64,000 nucleotides of DNA. It comes from Octopus sinensis. Lineage: Eukaryota. The translations under genes were made by a program, and so were the position numbers. Location of the stretch: contig NC_042997.1 in NCBI RefSeq assembly GCF_006345805.1, positions 54,188,001 through 54,252,000 of the forward strand, read 5' to 3'. This document shows positions 40,300 to 53,699 of the stretch, in pieces. The notes under the pieces were generated by a model. It searched no databases. It saw nothing but the letters and a program-made list of their open reading frames with translations, and was not told the DNA's origin. Position 1 is the first letter of the stretch. Each line of letters opens with the position of its first letter.

Positions 40300-40765
40300 A
40301 CTGTCACGGGAGCCAGTCAGTAGCCCTGGCAATGATCACGCTTGAATGATGCTGTTAATGTTCCGCTGGCACAGGTGTCAATCAGGCAGTACTGTCATTG
40401 GCCATGACAGTGATTTCACTTGCCTCAACAGGTCTTCGCAAGCATAGTTTATTATTCAACAGATCAAACAAGACCATCTACCTGAAGGGATTCGTGGTTT
40501 GCCTACCTTCCTACTTATTAAGACTTTGGATTTTGCTAGGTTGACTCTAAGGCCCTTCGATTCTAATCCTTGCTTCCACACCTGAAACTTCTCCTCTAGC
40601 TCTGATAGTTACTCAGCTATTAGAGCAAGATCATCAGCATAGAGAATCTCCCAGGGGCATCCTGCCTTGGATTCCTCTGTTATTGCCTGGAAGTCTAAGA
40701 TGAATAAGAGGGGACTGAGGACTGATCCTTGGTGGACCCCTACCCCTACCTGGAATCCTTCACCC
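40300..40765 (-). mobile_element. RTE LINE 3' fragment (RT C-terminal part and tail)
   Basis: VHQGSVLSPL...GCPWEILYADDLALIAE..SELEEKFQVWKQGLESKGLRVN. Confidence 0.85.
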
Positions 40766-40987
40766 AGAACAATGTTTTTGGGAAGCAAGCTTCTTACCAG
40801 ATAGCCCAGAATCCAAGCAACCTAATAACTTTTCTTAAAAGTTTATTTAAAAAATTGTTTTTCTTTTGAAGAACAGATTCAAAAACAATTTTTTAAAAAA
40901 TAATTAACTTTTAAGAAACCCTTTCTTTATGTATATACATATATATGCATGTGTGTGTGTATTTGTATATATGTATATATATATATA

Positions 40988-41205
40988 TATTTCTTTACTA
41001 CCCACAAGGGGCTAAACACAGGGAGGACAAACAAGGACAGACAAAGTCGATTATATCGACCCCAGTGCGTTACTGGTACTTAATTTATCGACCCCGAAAG
41101 GATGAAAGGCAAAGTCGACCTTGGCGGAATTTGAACTCAGAACGTAACAGCAGACGAAATACGGCTACGCATTTCGCCCGGCGTGCTAACGATTCTGCCA
41201 GCTCG
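40988..41205 (-). mobile_element. Family-A SINE monomer in a (TA)n tract
   Basis: Same head/core/tail as 37125-37354. Confidence 0.88.
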
Positions 41206-41214
41206 TATATATAT

Positions 41215-44050
41215 ATATATGTTCCTTTATTGGCCACACAGGGTTGAACACAGAGAGGACAAAATACAAAGTAGAGCTTTTCTTTTTGGGGAAAGAAAAA
41301 GTGGGAGTAGAAATTAGATCAAAAGGGATTGTGGGAAGAAGGAAAAGAAAAAGCTGATCAATAGGGATCTTGTATCACAGAAATGCCATAATGTAAAAGG
41401 GGAAACATTAAGTTTATCCGTGGAGAGAAAAGCGTACGGAAAAGACCACGGTAACCTTGGGCAATAATGTCATGCAAAAAACACATTACGGTAAGTGACT
41501 CTCATTTTTTCCTTTCTTTTTCTGGTTCATAGGATTATGCTCAAGTTAGCTCTGTCATTCACACATGCCATCCCTGCTACATTCACCCATCTTTTATTGA
41601 AACATTCACTAGACAAAACTTCTCTCTCTACTCTCACCTTCCTCTTCAAGTGATACTTGAAGTTGATGAGAGATTCACCAGAGAGGAAAGTGTTTGTCTC
41701 TAGACCTTTCAGATGCATCCACCATACACATTCTTTTGCCATAGCCACAAGTACGATGAAAATGACTCTTCCTTCCTATTTCAAGGAAGGAGGCACGACA
41801 ATATTCACGATAGACTCGGTTGATAAACTGACTTGTCCCACACGTGATAGCAGTCGTTTGACATAGGACCACAGGTCAGAAATGGTTGGACACTGTACAA
41901 GTGCGTGCAGAACGGTTTCATCACTCTGACCGCATCTCAGGCAGGTCAGCCCCATGTTTCTTAAGCCATACCTGTTGTGCTTATCCTGAATGGGTAGCAC
42001 TTCTCAATAGCACTGCCGGGCCAGGGATCTTTGGTAGTTGTCCTTAGGTCCTGGCCTGAAAGTCATCTTGAACAGGCAGGTCAAGTATTCCTCATCGATA
42101 CCCAGGTTCGCCCCGAGATCATCGTTGTACCTCCCCTCCACTAATCCACTATAGAATACTTTGGTTGTGTTGCAATCGCTCAAGGTCGACCTGGAACAGC
42201 ATAGTTGCTTAAGAGCAATGCAACACTCACGGTGCCCCTCACCTTTCCTCGGCCTCTTTTTGATCCACGACTGCAGTTCAGTCATGGAGACGAGGTGCGG
42301 GAAAGAGTGCCTCACAAACAGCAACCACACCTGTTGACCATCATCTACGGAGATGTCACAGTCTCAGCGCGTGTCTGCACATCATCAACCACAACATGCC
42401 CAGCCCTCCTTTCAACAGACATTGGACCATCGCCTGACCATCGGAATGCTTCCTTTCCACAAGAAGTGGAAGAGGATGCGTTCCAGTTTGGTGATGTTAG
42501 GGTTGGGACAAGGCATGACAGTGAGGCGGTAGAAGATGTGGAAAGAAAAGCCTCAGGCAGGGAGGGAATAAACACATGAGAGCAAAGTGCTCTCTCTCTC
42601 TCTCTCTCTCTTTTTTCAATTTACAGGATCATGCTCAAAGTGGTTTCGTCACTCGCACATACCATCTTTACTATATTCACCCACCTTTTTTTAAAACTTT
42701 CACGAGACAAAACCTGCCACTTCATTCTCAGCTTCCTTTTCAAGTGGTACTTGAAAAAGTTGACGAGCGATTGGCCAGAGAGGTAGGTGTTTGTCTCTAA
42801 TCCTTTCACTCGAGTCCACCACACACATTCTTTCACCATGGCCACCAGTATGAAGAAGACTGCCTTGCCTTCCCAGTTGAGGGAAGGTGGCAGAGCAATT
42901 GTCATGATAGACTCGGCTGACAGGTGGACTCATCCCACACATGACAGCAGCTGTTCGGCATAAGCCCATAGGTCCAAAATGGTTGGACACTGCATGAGTG
43001 TGTGCAGAACGGTTTCGTCGCTCTGACCACATCTCAGGCAAGCTGGTCCGGTGTGTCTTGATCCATGCCTGTAGAGCTTATCCCGAATGGATAATGCTTC
43101 TTGATAGCACTGCCAGGCCAGGAATCTTTGGTGATTGTCCATAGGTCCTGGCCCGAAAGTTGTCCTGAACAGGTGGGTCAGGTGTTCCTTGTCAACGCCC
43201 AGATTCTGTCCGAGAACATCATTGCACCTCCCCTCCACTAATCCCCTATAGAATGCCTTTGTAGTGATGAAGTTGCACAAGTTTGGTCCCAGACGGCAGA
43301 GTTGCTTGAGAGCAATATGACACTCACGGTGCCATTCGCCTAGCCTTAGTCTCTGTTTGATCCACGACTGCAGTTCAGCCAAGGAGACGAGCTGCGGGAA
43401 AGTGCACTGCACAAACAGTGACCACACCTGTTCACCATCGTCTATGAAGTGCCGGAGATGTCACAGTCTCAGTGCATTTTTGCATATCTTCAACCACAGT
43501 ATGCCTAGTCCTCCATTTAGCGGGTGTTGACAGCAACTGGATCACCTAACCATCAGAACATTTCCCTTCCATAAGAAGCGGAAGAGTATGTGTTCCAGTT
43601 TGGTGATGGTAGGGTCGGGATAAGGCACAACAGTCAGACAAGTAAAGTTTGAGACATTCCCAGGAAAACCTCTAGACGTCGAAAGAAATCTGGCCAGCCT
43701 GTTAAGGACGATGTATAAACTGTTATCAGTCGAAAAGCACACCCATTGCTGCCATTGACATCCAAGACAACCAGCCTACCCTCTGGTTCTAGGAAAATTG
43801 CTCTTTGAGGTCCAGACTCTTCTGAAGAAGCACTGCGGTACCTCCTCCGCCCATTCTTGGCAGACACTGAGAAAAATAAATGTTGAAATGTCCACCGAAC
43901 ATGTTCTGGAGGGCCCATGGGCTGTGGAGTCTCATCTTGCTGATGGCTATGATATGCAGATTTTGTGACTTGATATTGTTTAACAGGTAGCCTTGTTTCC
44001 AAGGTGACCCCAAGCCATGTACATTTATACTGCCTATTTTGAGCATGTTC
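41215..44050 (-). mobile_element. Rearranged Tx1/L1-clade LINE: endonuclease start, internal deletion, and two tandem copies of the ORF2 C-terminus, ending in a 3' UTR
   Basis: MLKIGSINVHGL...EGRLVVLDV...RLITVY (APE) jumps at about 43640 to TKLEHILFRFLWKG (post-RT). The CCHC knuckle CLRCGQSDETVLH.L.QC occurs twice. The 3' UTR ends TGTGTGGCCAATAAAGGAAC. Confidence 0.88.
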
Positions 44051-44507
44051 CTATCGAAGGTTGTGTTTTACACACAAAAGGGAGATGAGAGAGAAAGAGA
44101 GAGAGAGAGAGTTACTTACTGTCTGAAAGTTGTTTGTCCTTCACCTCACAGTCTTCTTCCAGAAGGTTTTTGTATAGTTTTTTTAGAGAGGTATCTTTGA
44201 AATCTCCCCACTGCATCCTGGTAGAAAGATTTCAGTGTGCTGTGTGTGTTCTGTGTTATGTGTATGATTTTAATTGTACTGACCTCACCCAAATGGGAAG
44301 ACAAAAAATGTTTTTGATGAAAATTGCTCATTGCTTGAAAAATATTGGTCAAGTTTAATAAAATTTAATATGTATTCAATGCATGACATGTCATTATTGG
44401 GCTCAAGTCCCAATGAAGAGCCCTCCGATAAGGGCAGCTTTTAAGCTATACATACATATTTATGAACATTATATGCATACACACATTTATTTGTATATAT
44501 ATATTAT

Positions 44508-45015
44508 GGCTGCCCCCTCGTTATCGAGTATGGCCATTGCATGAAGCTTAACTGTTACTGGTGCTGTGATCGAATGTAACTTTTTATCCCAGCCAAAGAT
44601 CTACAATGTCTTGTACAAAATTGGCAACTAAAACCTTTACTGGTAATAGCCGGCTGTAGTTGTAACTGGGCTTCATGTACCTTTGCATGTCGTTTAAGTC
44701 CTCTTGCCGAATTACACTCTCTTCCACATGCCCAACAGATATGATTAGTATGGTGTGTTACACCACCACCAGTGGCCAGATTGTCACTCATCTGTCTCGT
44801 TCTATGACTACGAAGATGACTCATGAGTCCAGCTTTACTGAGGCAGGGTCTTGCACAGACATTGCATGTCAGAATCAAAGGAAGACCCTTCCCTTCTGGA
44901 AGTGTAACAGCGATGCCCTTCCTGACATCCCTCCTTACTTTCTCATGTGCAACTCGAGATTTCTCAAACGTGGCTGTCCCCTCATGCACAATCCTTCTCC
45001 ACCTGCTACGATCAA
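44508..45015 (-). mobile_element. 5'-truncated RTE-BovB-like LINE end with an open C-terminal ORF carrying three C2H2-type zinc fingers
   Basis: DRSRWRRIVHEG..FE motif, then CNVC..H..SH, CWAC..H..VH and CQFC..Y..QH. Stop at 44555; short 3' UTR ending GGCAGCCATAA. Confidence 0.75.
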
Positions 45016-45409
45016 TACATACATACATACATACATATATGTGAGTGTTTGTATGTATGTATATCAATATCATCACCATTATATGCAAGCAAAAATAAAT
45101 TTTCTCTAAGCTGAAACATGTTTTCATGGAAGACTGGAAATCAATGACACTGCTTTATATGACCATCATGGTCTTAAACATCTGCTATGTGATTGTGACA
45201 TCATGACAAAAGACATAAACCCCCGCATGCATGCACACACAAACACACACACACACACCACACACACACACACATACATATGTATACACAAATATAAAGA
45301 TGAAAACCTTTGGTTAGCTTTGGGCTATTACTGAAGATATTTGCCCAAGGTGCCACACAAAAACAGATGCATAAATGTAGCTAGATAGATTTAGATATTT
45401 ATGTATGTA

Positions 45410-45730
45410 TTGTCATCATTTAATGTCCGTTTTCCATGCTGGCATGGGTTGGACGGGTTGACTGGAGGCTGGCAAGCCAGGAAGTCACACCAGGCTCCAA
45501 TCTGATCTGGCAGTGTTTCTACAGTTGGATGCCCTTCCTAACACCAACCACTCCGAGAGTGTAATGGGTGCCTTTTACGTGCCACCGGCACAGTAGCCAG
45601 CCAGGCAGCACTGGCATTGGCCACCGTTCGGATAGTGCTTTTTATGTGCTACCGACACTGGAGCCAGTCAGGGAGGGCCTGACATCAACCACGTTCGGAT
45701 GGTGCCTTTTACATGTTACTGGCACATAGA
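45410..45730 (-). mobile_element. RTE-tail repeat family D (ends in (ATG)n); further copies at 47125-47480, 48865-49370, 54075-54480 (minus) and 18255-18410, 29320-29555, 62710-63043 (plus)
   Basis: Shared CATGCTGGCATGGGTTGGACGG...GGATGCCCTTCCTAAC segments. Confidence 0.75.
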
Positions 45731-46230
45731 AATAATGATAAACCTTTCTACTGTAGGCACAATTGAGTCATTGCCATCAACCATGGTACTTAATATATAT
45801 ATTTCTCTGTGTGTATAGGTGCATATATTTGTATATGTTGATATGTGTGTACATATTTTATGTATGTACTTATATATCCGTATATGACATATATATTTCT
45901 GTATGTAAGTGTGTATATACATACATATGTAATCTAAAAAGATGACCTTCAAAGATAGTTTTTGTGTGAAAGGAATTTGCAAACTATTAATTTACAAATT
46001 TAAGTGCAAAACCATTAATAAAAATTAAGAATGCTGAGACATGAATGTTCTTGTACTTAAAGTTGTTAAACGATATCAATATTCAAACAAATAATATTGT
46101 CTTTTTATTTTAATAGCTTATATATTTTTATGAAATCTATAGGTGTCACTGTTCTAATGCTCTATAATGTATATTATCAAATTTATCTCTGTACCAACTT
46201 GGAAAATGTGATGGTAACTCATTCTTTTAA

Positions 46231-46790
46231 CCCTGTAACATTTAAACCAGTCATACCAGCCCAAATATTCTACTTGTTTTATATTCAAACTCACCAGATC
46301 TTCTCTCTTATACCTATCCTACAATTTTGTTCTAAAAATAAATAATCACATCACTCTCCAAGCTACCATATATTGTGCATGGCTTAGTGCTTAGAGTATT
46401 CAGTTTACAGCCATAAGGTTGTGAGGTCAATACCCAGCAATGCATTGCGTCCTTGAGCAAGATTCTTTATTTCCTGTTGCTTTAGTCCACTCTGCTGGTA
46501 AAAAGGGTAACACCTGTAATTCAAAGGGCCAGCTTTGTCACATTCTGTGTCACACTGAATTTCTCTAAGAGCTACACTAAGGGTAAGTATGACTATGCAG
46601 TGCTCAGCCACTCGCACCTAAATTTCATGAGCAGGTTGTTCCACTGATCGGATTAACTGGAACCCCTGTCATCATAACCAATGGAATGCCAGTTTTTTGG
46701 GGGTTTTTTTTTTCCTTAATGCAAGATTAATTCAAAATAATGTGAATAAATAAGCATTACATTTGACAGAGTAATCTGAATACTAATGGG
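46231..46790. mobile_element. Second piggyBac-type MITE of the same family (opposite orientation) with a family-C SINE inserted
   Basis: TTAA|CCCTGTAACATTTA ... TGAATACTAATGGG|TTAA. Internal homology to 37894-38490. Confidence 0.72.
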
Positions 46791-49386
46791 TTAAATAGAT
46801 GAATTTGCAGAATGCTATTTATTGTAAAAGTGAAAGGTGAGGATAATTACTGGAAGTTGCTGGAACTAATTACTGACCTTTTAATAATGTCGATATATCT
46901 AGATATTTGAAATGTTCTTTTGGTGAAAATGTCCTTTTACATATGCTATTTTTAATCTATACTAGAAAATTTTTCTGTTACTTAGTGCAACAGGACATTT
47001 TAAATTTCACCAAAAATGTTGTATATTATCCTTTATATGCATCTATGTTCAATACTTAATGTAAATACATCATTAAAAGGCAAGTTACTGCAATATTTTT
47101 CCACAGATAACATCTCTTAGGGACATCATCATCATCATCATCATCATCATTTAGCGTCCACTTTCCATGCTGGTATGGGTTGGACGGTGCAACTGGAGTC
47201 TGGGAAGCCAGAAGGCTGCACCAGGCCCAGTCTGATCTGGCAATGTTTCTATGGCTGGATGCCCTTCCTAACGCCAACCACTCCATGAGTGTAGTGGGTG
47301 CTTTTTACATGCCACCGACACAGGAGCCAGACGAGGCTGGCAAACGGCCACGATCAGATGGTGCTTTTTACATGCCACCGACACAGGAGCCAGACGAGGC
47401 TGGCAAACGGCCACGATCAGATGGTGCTTTTTACATGCCACCGGCACGGAGGCCAGTCAGGGCGGTGCTGGCAATGGCCACAAGCAAAATATATCAGTGT
47501 AACAAAGTTTATATGCAGTATATTATATGATGTATATAATATCCATACTAAATGTAAGTACATTTTTGAAAGGCAAGTTAATGTGATATTCTTCCAGAAA
47601 TAGCATCTCTTGTGGATGCACTGTATTTAAAAACATAATATATATCAGAGGGAGGTGAAAATCATGCCAACAGCAGCTAGTAAGAACACCAGGTGTATTT
47701 CAGCCAACTTGGGCCTTATCAATGGCATCTACATGTAGCCAGCCAGATGGTTGTCTGGCTGTTCACAATACAAATGCATGCTTTATTCACTGTTTCTTAT
47801 GTCTCACGATGACAAATCTCATCTAGGCATATGACTAGCTGTGAGTACACACCATTGATAAGCCCCAACTTAACCAACTTTACTTTACATTCCTCAGGGG
47901 TTAATAAAAATAAAGTACTAGTCATATACTCCCACCAAATTTCAACCCTTATGCCTACATTAGAAACAATATTTTGTCTCTCATCATAAAAACAAAAAAA
48001 TATTGTGAACTTGTCAAAATGATGTTAATAAAATATGTCTGAAGATAATTAGATCAAATCTATTAATTACATCTAAGTTCGAAGGTCTGTTGGAAATTTT
48101 GTTGACACTGGAAGAGACATGAAGTTAGCTGTCTCCCCTTTCTCTGCCTCTTCTACTGCAGCTATAATGGTCTCTGTTCCTTGGAGCTGGTTGGGTTCAT
48201 GCCACCTGCACCTACGCAGTCCTGACCCATTCATCTCTCCACCTCTCATTACCATTATTTTACCCTCACTACCGTCTTAGACCCACCATAGTAGTCGCTA
48301 CTTTTAGTCCTTTTCTAGAACATCACCCCAAGTGAATTCCCACCCTACTCATGTTTTTACCTCAGGTGTTGATTTACAGTGGTTCAAGAACATTAATATC
48401 ATCAACTTCACTAGTCTAAGAAGACCTGTGAAGGCCATAAGCAATGCACCTTCCTTCACTCCAAACAAGTGAAAGAAATTTCATTTATCTTAATTTTATT
48501 TTATTTTTGTCCAGTGTATGTAGAAGAATATCATTCATTCATTTTATTCATTTTTTAAATTTTTTTGTTCTTTAAGGAGGTAAATGATCTGTTGTTTTGC
48601 TGAGCAGGTTGTATCTCAGATATCAAAAGACTGAAGATGACAACTAATTTTGGCATCTTATCTTTTATTGCTTACTTGTTTCAGTTGTTGGACTGCAACA
48701 ATACTGAGCATGAACTTGAAGAATTTTAGTTGAACAAATCAACCCCAGTACTTATTTTTTTAGTCTCTTTTACTAAACCACTATATTATTGAGAGGTAAA
48801 CAAGCCAACACCAGTTGTCAAGCAGTGGTGGGAGAAAACACACACACACACACACACATTATTATCATCATTGTTGTCGTTTAATGCCTGCTTTCCATGC
48901 TAGCATGGGTTGGATGGTTTGACTGAGGGCTGGTGAACCAGCATGCTGCACCAGGCTCCAATCTGATCTGGCAAAGTTTCTACAGTTGGATGCCCTTTCT
49001 AATGCTAACCACTCCGAGAGTGTACTGGGTGCTTTTTACGTGCCACCGGCATGAGGGCCTGTAAGGCAGTACTGGCATCGACCACACTTGAATGGTGCTT
49101 TTCACATGCCACTGGTACAGGAGCAGGTCAAGTGGAACTGGCAACGACCACGCTCGAATGGTGCTTTTTACGTGGCACTGGCACAAGTGCCAATCATGTG
49201 GTACTGTCATCAGCCACAACAATGACTTCACTTGACTCAACAGGTCTTCGCAAGCACAGTTTATTGCCCAATGACTGAAGGGTACTCTTAAATGGACTGG
49301 TTATGCTGCACTGCCATAGGCCATGGTTACAGTCTCACTTGGCTTGCCAGATCTTCTCAAGCATAGCATATCTCACAGCATACACA

Positions 49387-49439
<53 letters not shown>

Positions 49440-49736
49440 AGTAGTACAGTTATGTTTAATGGTTAAGTTCTCTTTGCAAATATGAGGTCCTGAGTTCAGT
49501 CCCATTGTGAATATCTTGGGAAAAGTTTTTCATTATAGATCCAGTTGTGACTGTATGGTAAGAAGTTTTCCCAATTATATGGTTCCAGATTCATTCTTAC
49601 TGTGTGGCAGTTTGACCAAGTGTCTTATACTATAGCCCTAGGCCAATCAAAGCCTTATGAGTGGATTTAGTGGACAGAAACTGAAAGAAACCCATCGTAT
49701 ATACATATACATACACACACACACACACACACACAC

Positions 49737-49792
<56 letters not shown>

Positions 49793-50207
49793 ATATAATA
49801 TATATATATATAAGGAAAATAAGACAAGGTAGAAAATGCTAAAATAATTTTATCATGAAGTACATTTTATAAAAGTTAGTACCAGTTTCAGTTTTATATA
49901 TATATATATAACATCACTATTTTTCACTGCAGATATTGTTATATATTTTACCCTGTGCATATTACAGCATTTATAGTGTTACCCACTTTAGAGCTATCTC
50001 TTTTATTGGGATGGACTGCCAGACAGCTATTGTTACAAGTTTTGACTGTCACAGGATTTGAACTCAGCTCTTTATTCCCACGAGCTATTCATAAATTGTA
50101 CAGTCAGGACGATGAACTGTGTATAAAAATGTAAATGTTTTGAAGTTCTATAAGGTTCCTAAAGGGTAATGCTTATCTCCAGTTTCCAGATGTTCAGGAA
50201 ATGTGAA

Positions 50208-50309
50208 CTAAATCTGTGCTGGATAGGATGCTTGTCTATCTCCAGTAATATTCTCAGACAACATGGTATCTATTTTTGACATGTAGTTGACTGGAGGAAT
50301 ATAGAATGC
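50208..50309 (-). CDS. Putative terminal exon of the same unidentified gene (AFYIPPVNYMSKIDTMLSENITGDRQASYPAQI*)
   Basis: 133-nt gt...ag intron (50310-50442), phase-0 continuation to TAG. AATAAA on the minus strand at 50071-50076. Confidence 0.3.
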   Translation of the reverse strand, partial: AFYIPPVNYMSKIDTMLSENITGDRQASYPAQI

Positions 50310-50442
50310 CTACAATGGATGTGAATGACTTGGCTGTACAATACCATATCCACATGTTCATTTTGCTACTCTGGCAGCGAGCTGTAACTCTCCATGATAA
50401 ATACTTAGAGCTAAGTAAAGAGTTGAAAGTAAACTGTCTTAC

Positions 50443-50564
50443 CTGGAATATTGCTGGACACCTGTGATGAATTATGAATTTTTGTACCAATGCAATGACT
50501 TGGTCCGTGAGTCTTTCATAAATGAGCAGTTTAGTAATAATGAGATGAATCTTTCCTCTAGTTA
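50443..50564 (-). CDS. Putative internal exon of an unidentified minus-strand gene ((V)TRGKIHLIITKLLIYERLTDQVIALVQKFIIHHRCPAIFQ)
   Basis: ttgttatttgtag acceptor and CAG|gtaaga donor. Only one of three frames is open (phase 1 to phase 0). Non-repetitive sequence; family not recognised. Confidence 0.35.
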
Positions 50565-53171
50565 CTACAAATAACAAAGTGTTTTAGAACTGCTTTAAAA
50601 GAAGTGAGTCATTTTTCAGTTTTAATTTAATATTGCACCTTGTTTTCAATTGTTGTAAGCAATGAAGAGACTCTTATTGGTTAGTGTTGACCATGCATCT
50701 GTGCACAATGGAAAGATGTCTTGTTGAAGATATGTAAACATTTGCCCATGTATGCAAGTCCAGTCTCTCCTCTCCATGTCACTGGTATTTATCCAAAGGA
50801 AAGGCCACTAAATTGTACTGATACAGCTTGACACCAGTGTCATCACAGGCATTGGTATCAGAATAGAGCTGAAACAGATATCCACTGCCCTGGATTGCTA
50901 CATTTTTATCAAAGGATAACAGGCAAAGTTGGCCTCAGTAGGATTTGAACTAGGTGCACAGAGGGTTACAACAAGAATTCTATTCAATACTCTAATAACT
51001 CCACCAATTCACCTCCTGTAAGCATTAACCACTAATTAAATATTCATTTAAAAGTTGATTTTGTTTCTTGACAATATATATACTTTTTTAAAACTTTTAC
51101 TTTAGAATTATTTAAAGATATTTATCCATGGGATGATACCCTATGAGAAAGCTAAATCCAGCTCTTCATGCACTGTCAATTAGTTTTGTTCTTTTTATTT
51201 CTTTGTGGAGTCAAGAGGTTACTGCTGCTTGCCTTTTGGGATACGCTTTGATTAGGATTAGTGTAATTAAATGAATTTAATATGATTAATGTTTAATTTG
51301 AATCATTGAAATATGAAACTTAAAGAAACATATAAGGGATGTACTTGGAGGATAGAAAGATTTTGTAAAAAAAGAAGTATTTAGCATGGAGTCTGAATGG
51401 GATGGCGCTTCAGATGAAGTTGTTGTATAATCAACAATTTCAGAGGTGAGGTGCAAAAATTGTTGTAGTAGTAGAAGTAGAAATAATAGAAAGGTGATTT
51501 AGATCTGTGGAAGATCAAAGGTTATAAATTGTTGGTGTTTGAAAGTTTACCTATCGAGTGGTTTGTCTTTGTTTTGGTTAGGTTCAAGTCTACTATTGGC
51601 TTAAGCATATTTACTCAAGATAACAATAAGCAATGTGCTTAACAAGTAAATCATGGGAAATAAACAAGAGCCAGTTTATATATATATATCTAAGTATATG
51701 AACTATATTTGGAATACAAGACAATATAATGGATTTTACATATGAATATTATGGATTATTACAGAAGACTAACCAAGGAAGTATATATGGATTTAAAGAC
51801 TCTCATCAAAAGCAGTGGCTTTTAATTTTTAATTTATATTTCAAACAAACACCATTTTATAGTATTACTTCAAAATTTTAAAAAACTATCATTTGATATG
51901 TTATACAAAATAAAAATTTTATATCTCTGAAGAGCAGAAGAGTTGTCTATAAATGCTTATCAATATAGGATTTCATTATAGGGACAGCACTTCTGTGAAA
52001 CGATCATAAGATGCTTTAAAAACTTAATTCAAAACTTTTAAACTGTCATATACATTATATATTTATACATATTTACATATATTTTTACACATATTTATAT
52101 TTTTAATACAACAATTATTTTATACACATATATATCTTTCTGAAGAATTTGCTAATATTGATTTCCTGATATTAATAATGATATATTATAAAAAAAAAAT
52201 ATATATATATATTCACTCGTATTAAATATATAAATACTTTAATAGTATTAATACTTTGATACAATAGAGCACTCAATATAAATTCAGTATATAATATTCT
52301 CATGAATATATTTAACTAAAGATTTATAAATATATGACATTCATTTCATGGAATTTTGATACAGTACATGAAATTGCTGGAACATTTTAATATTTTTGTA
52401 TAAATATAATTTTATTACAAATATATAGCTAATTCACCAAAATTTTATCAGCAATTCTCACCTCTAAAAATAAAAATATAAACATTATCTTATCAATAAA
52501 GATATAGATTTCTTGTGAGGTTGAATAGTTCTTTGACTCTCTTTACTTTCATTCCAATTTGAGCCTAATTCCTGAAATAGATTCATGTGTTATCACCACT
52601 AACCAGACTTACCAAAAGTTAATCGCTAAACTGATGATAGGAAAAGTTTTTACTCTTCTTATTATTATCTACTTCCTTTGGAAAAAGCTCACTTGAAAAA
52701 TCTGTACATGTTATATAAATATTCATATAAATACTATTTAGCTAAAGTGATTAAAATTTTACCTGATAATTAGTGAGAAACAACATTATAAACTGTAACA
52801 GAATAGTGAGAACTTTTCAAATGAAACCAATCATTTCAAATTATTTTGTGGGTGGTGTAGTAAGCATGATATAGTGAGATGTAAGCTGCTACAAAGTAAA
52901 AATCTATGAACCATTTTTGATATCTATTTGAAGCCACTTCAGCTATGATACCTCTCTCAAAACTTTGAGACCATTGTGCCTCTGTTAGATAATCAGCATT
53001 AAAGATAGGGAAGGGATTCAATGAATAATCTGATAGATACTGGAATCTTTACTATGCGTTATCCTTATCTAAAGTACACAGAATTTTTCACATCAGTCAA
53101 TTTTGTTGAAAAAAACTAATATTAGCTAAGTTGGAGGGTTCCAATCAAGCCAATTAAATAGATGTGATATA

Positions 53172-53261
<90 letters not shown>

Positions 53262-53699
53262 ATTTCGTTTTTGGATTTGGTTTGTAAGATTCTTTATGTG
53301 AGTTTGTGTGTTGCAGCATATTCTGTTGTGTCTGGGGAGAGTCATTTTCTTTTTGTGCCTTATAATTTAACACACTCACCGGTAAAATTTCCTCTTATTT
53401 CTTATTTTTATTTTCCTAAAATTTTCATTGCGCCTTGCAACCTTTTCGATAGTCTTGACAGGACTATTGAAATCGTCCTCACTACTTTCTACAATCTCAA
53501 GGGAGCTGCCAAGGCATTTGAGAGAGTCTAATCCCCATGTTTCCTTAGTGCTTACTGTTTGTGTGCATCTGCCGCACATAAAGACAACTTTCTCTGTTAA
53601 CCTACCTGTTATTCTACTGCAGCCTGTATGTATCTGTAACTTATATTCGGTGCAATGAATGGAATTTCTTCCAACACCTCTCCTACATATTGAGTAGGG

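Noticed and set aside
48073-48255. 60-aa minus-strand ORF as a host exon
   Set aside because: No phase-compatible splice partner. TETIIAAVEEA loosely resembles a Penelope ORF N-terminal motif. Too weak to call either way.
51300-51520. Ser/Thr-rich, signal-peptide-like minus-strand reading
   Set aside because: No start codon after the upstream stop, and every frame from the nearby acceptor hits a stop.
52600-53070. Exon-like segments with GT donors on either strand
   Set aside because: All tested frames terminate or give only tiny unrecognisable peptides. Donor-like words are expected by chance.
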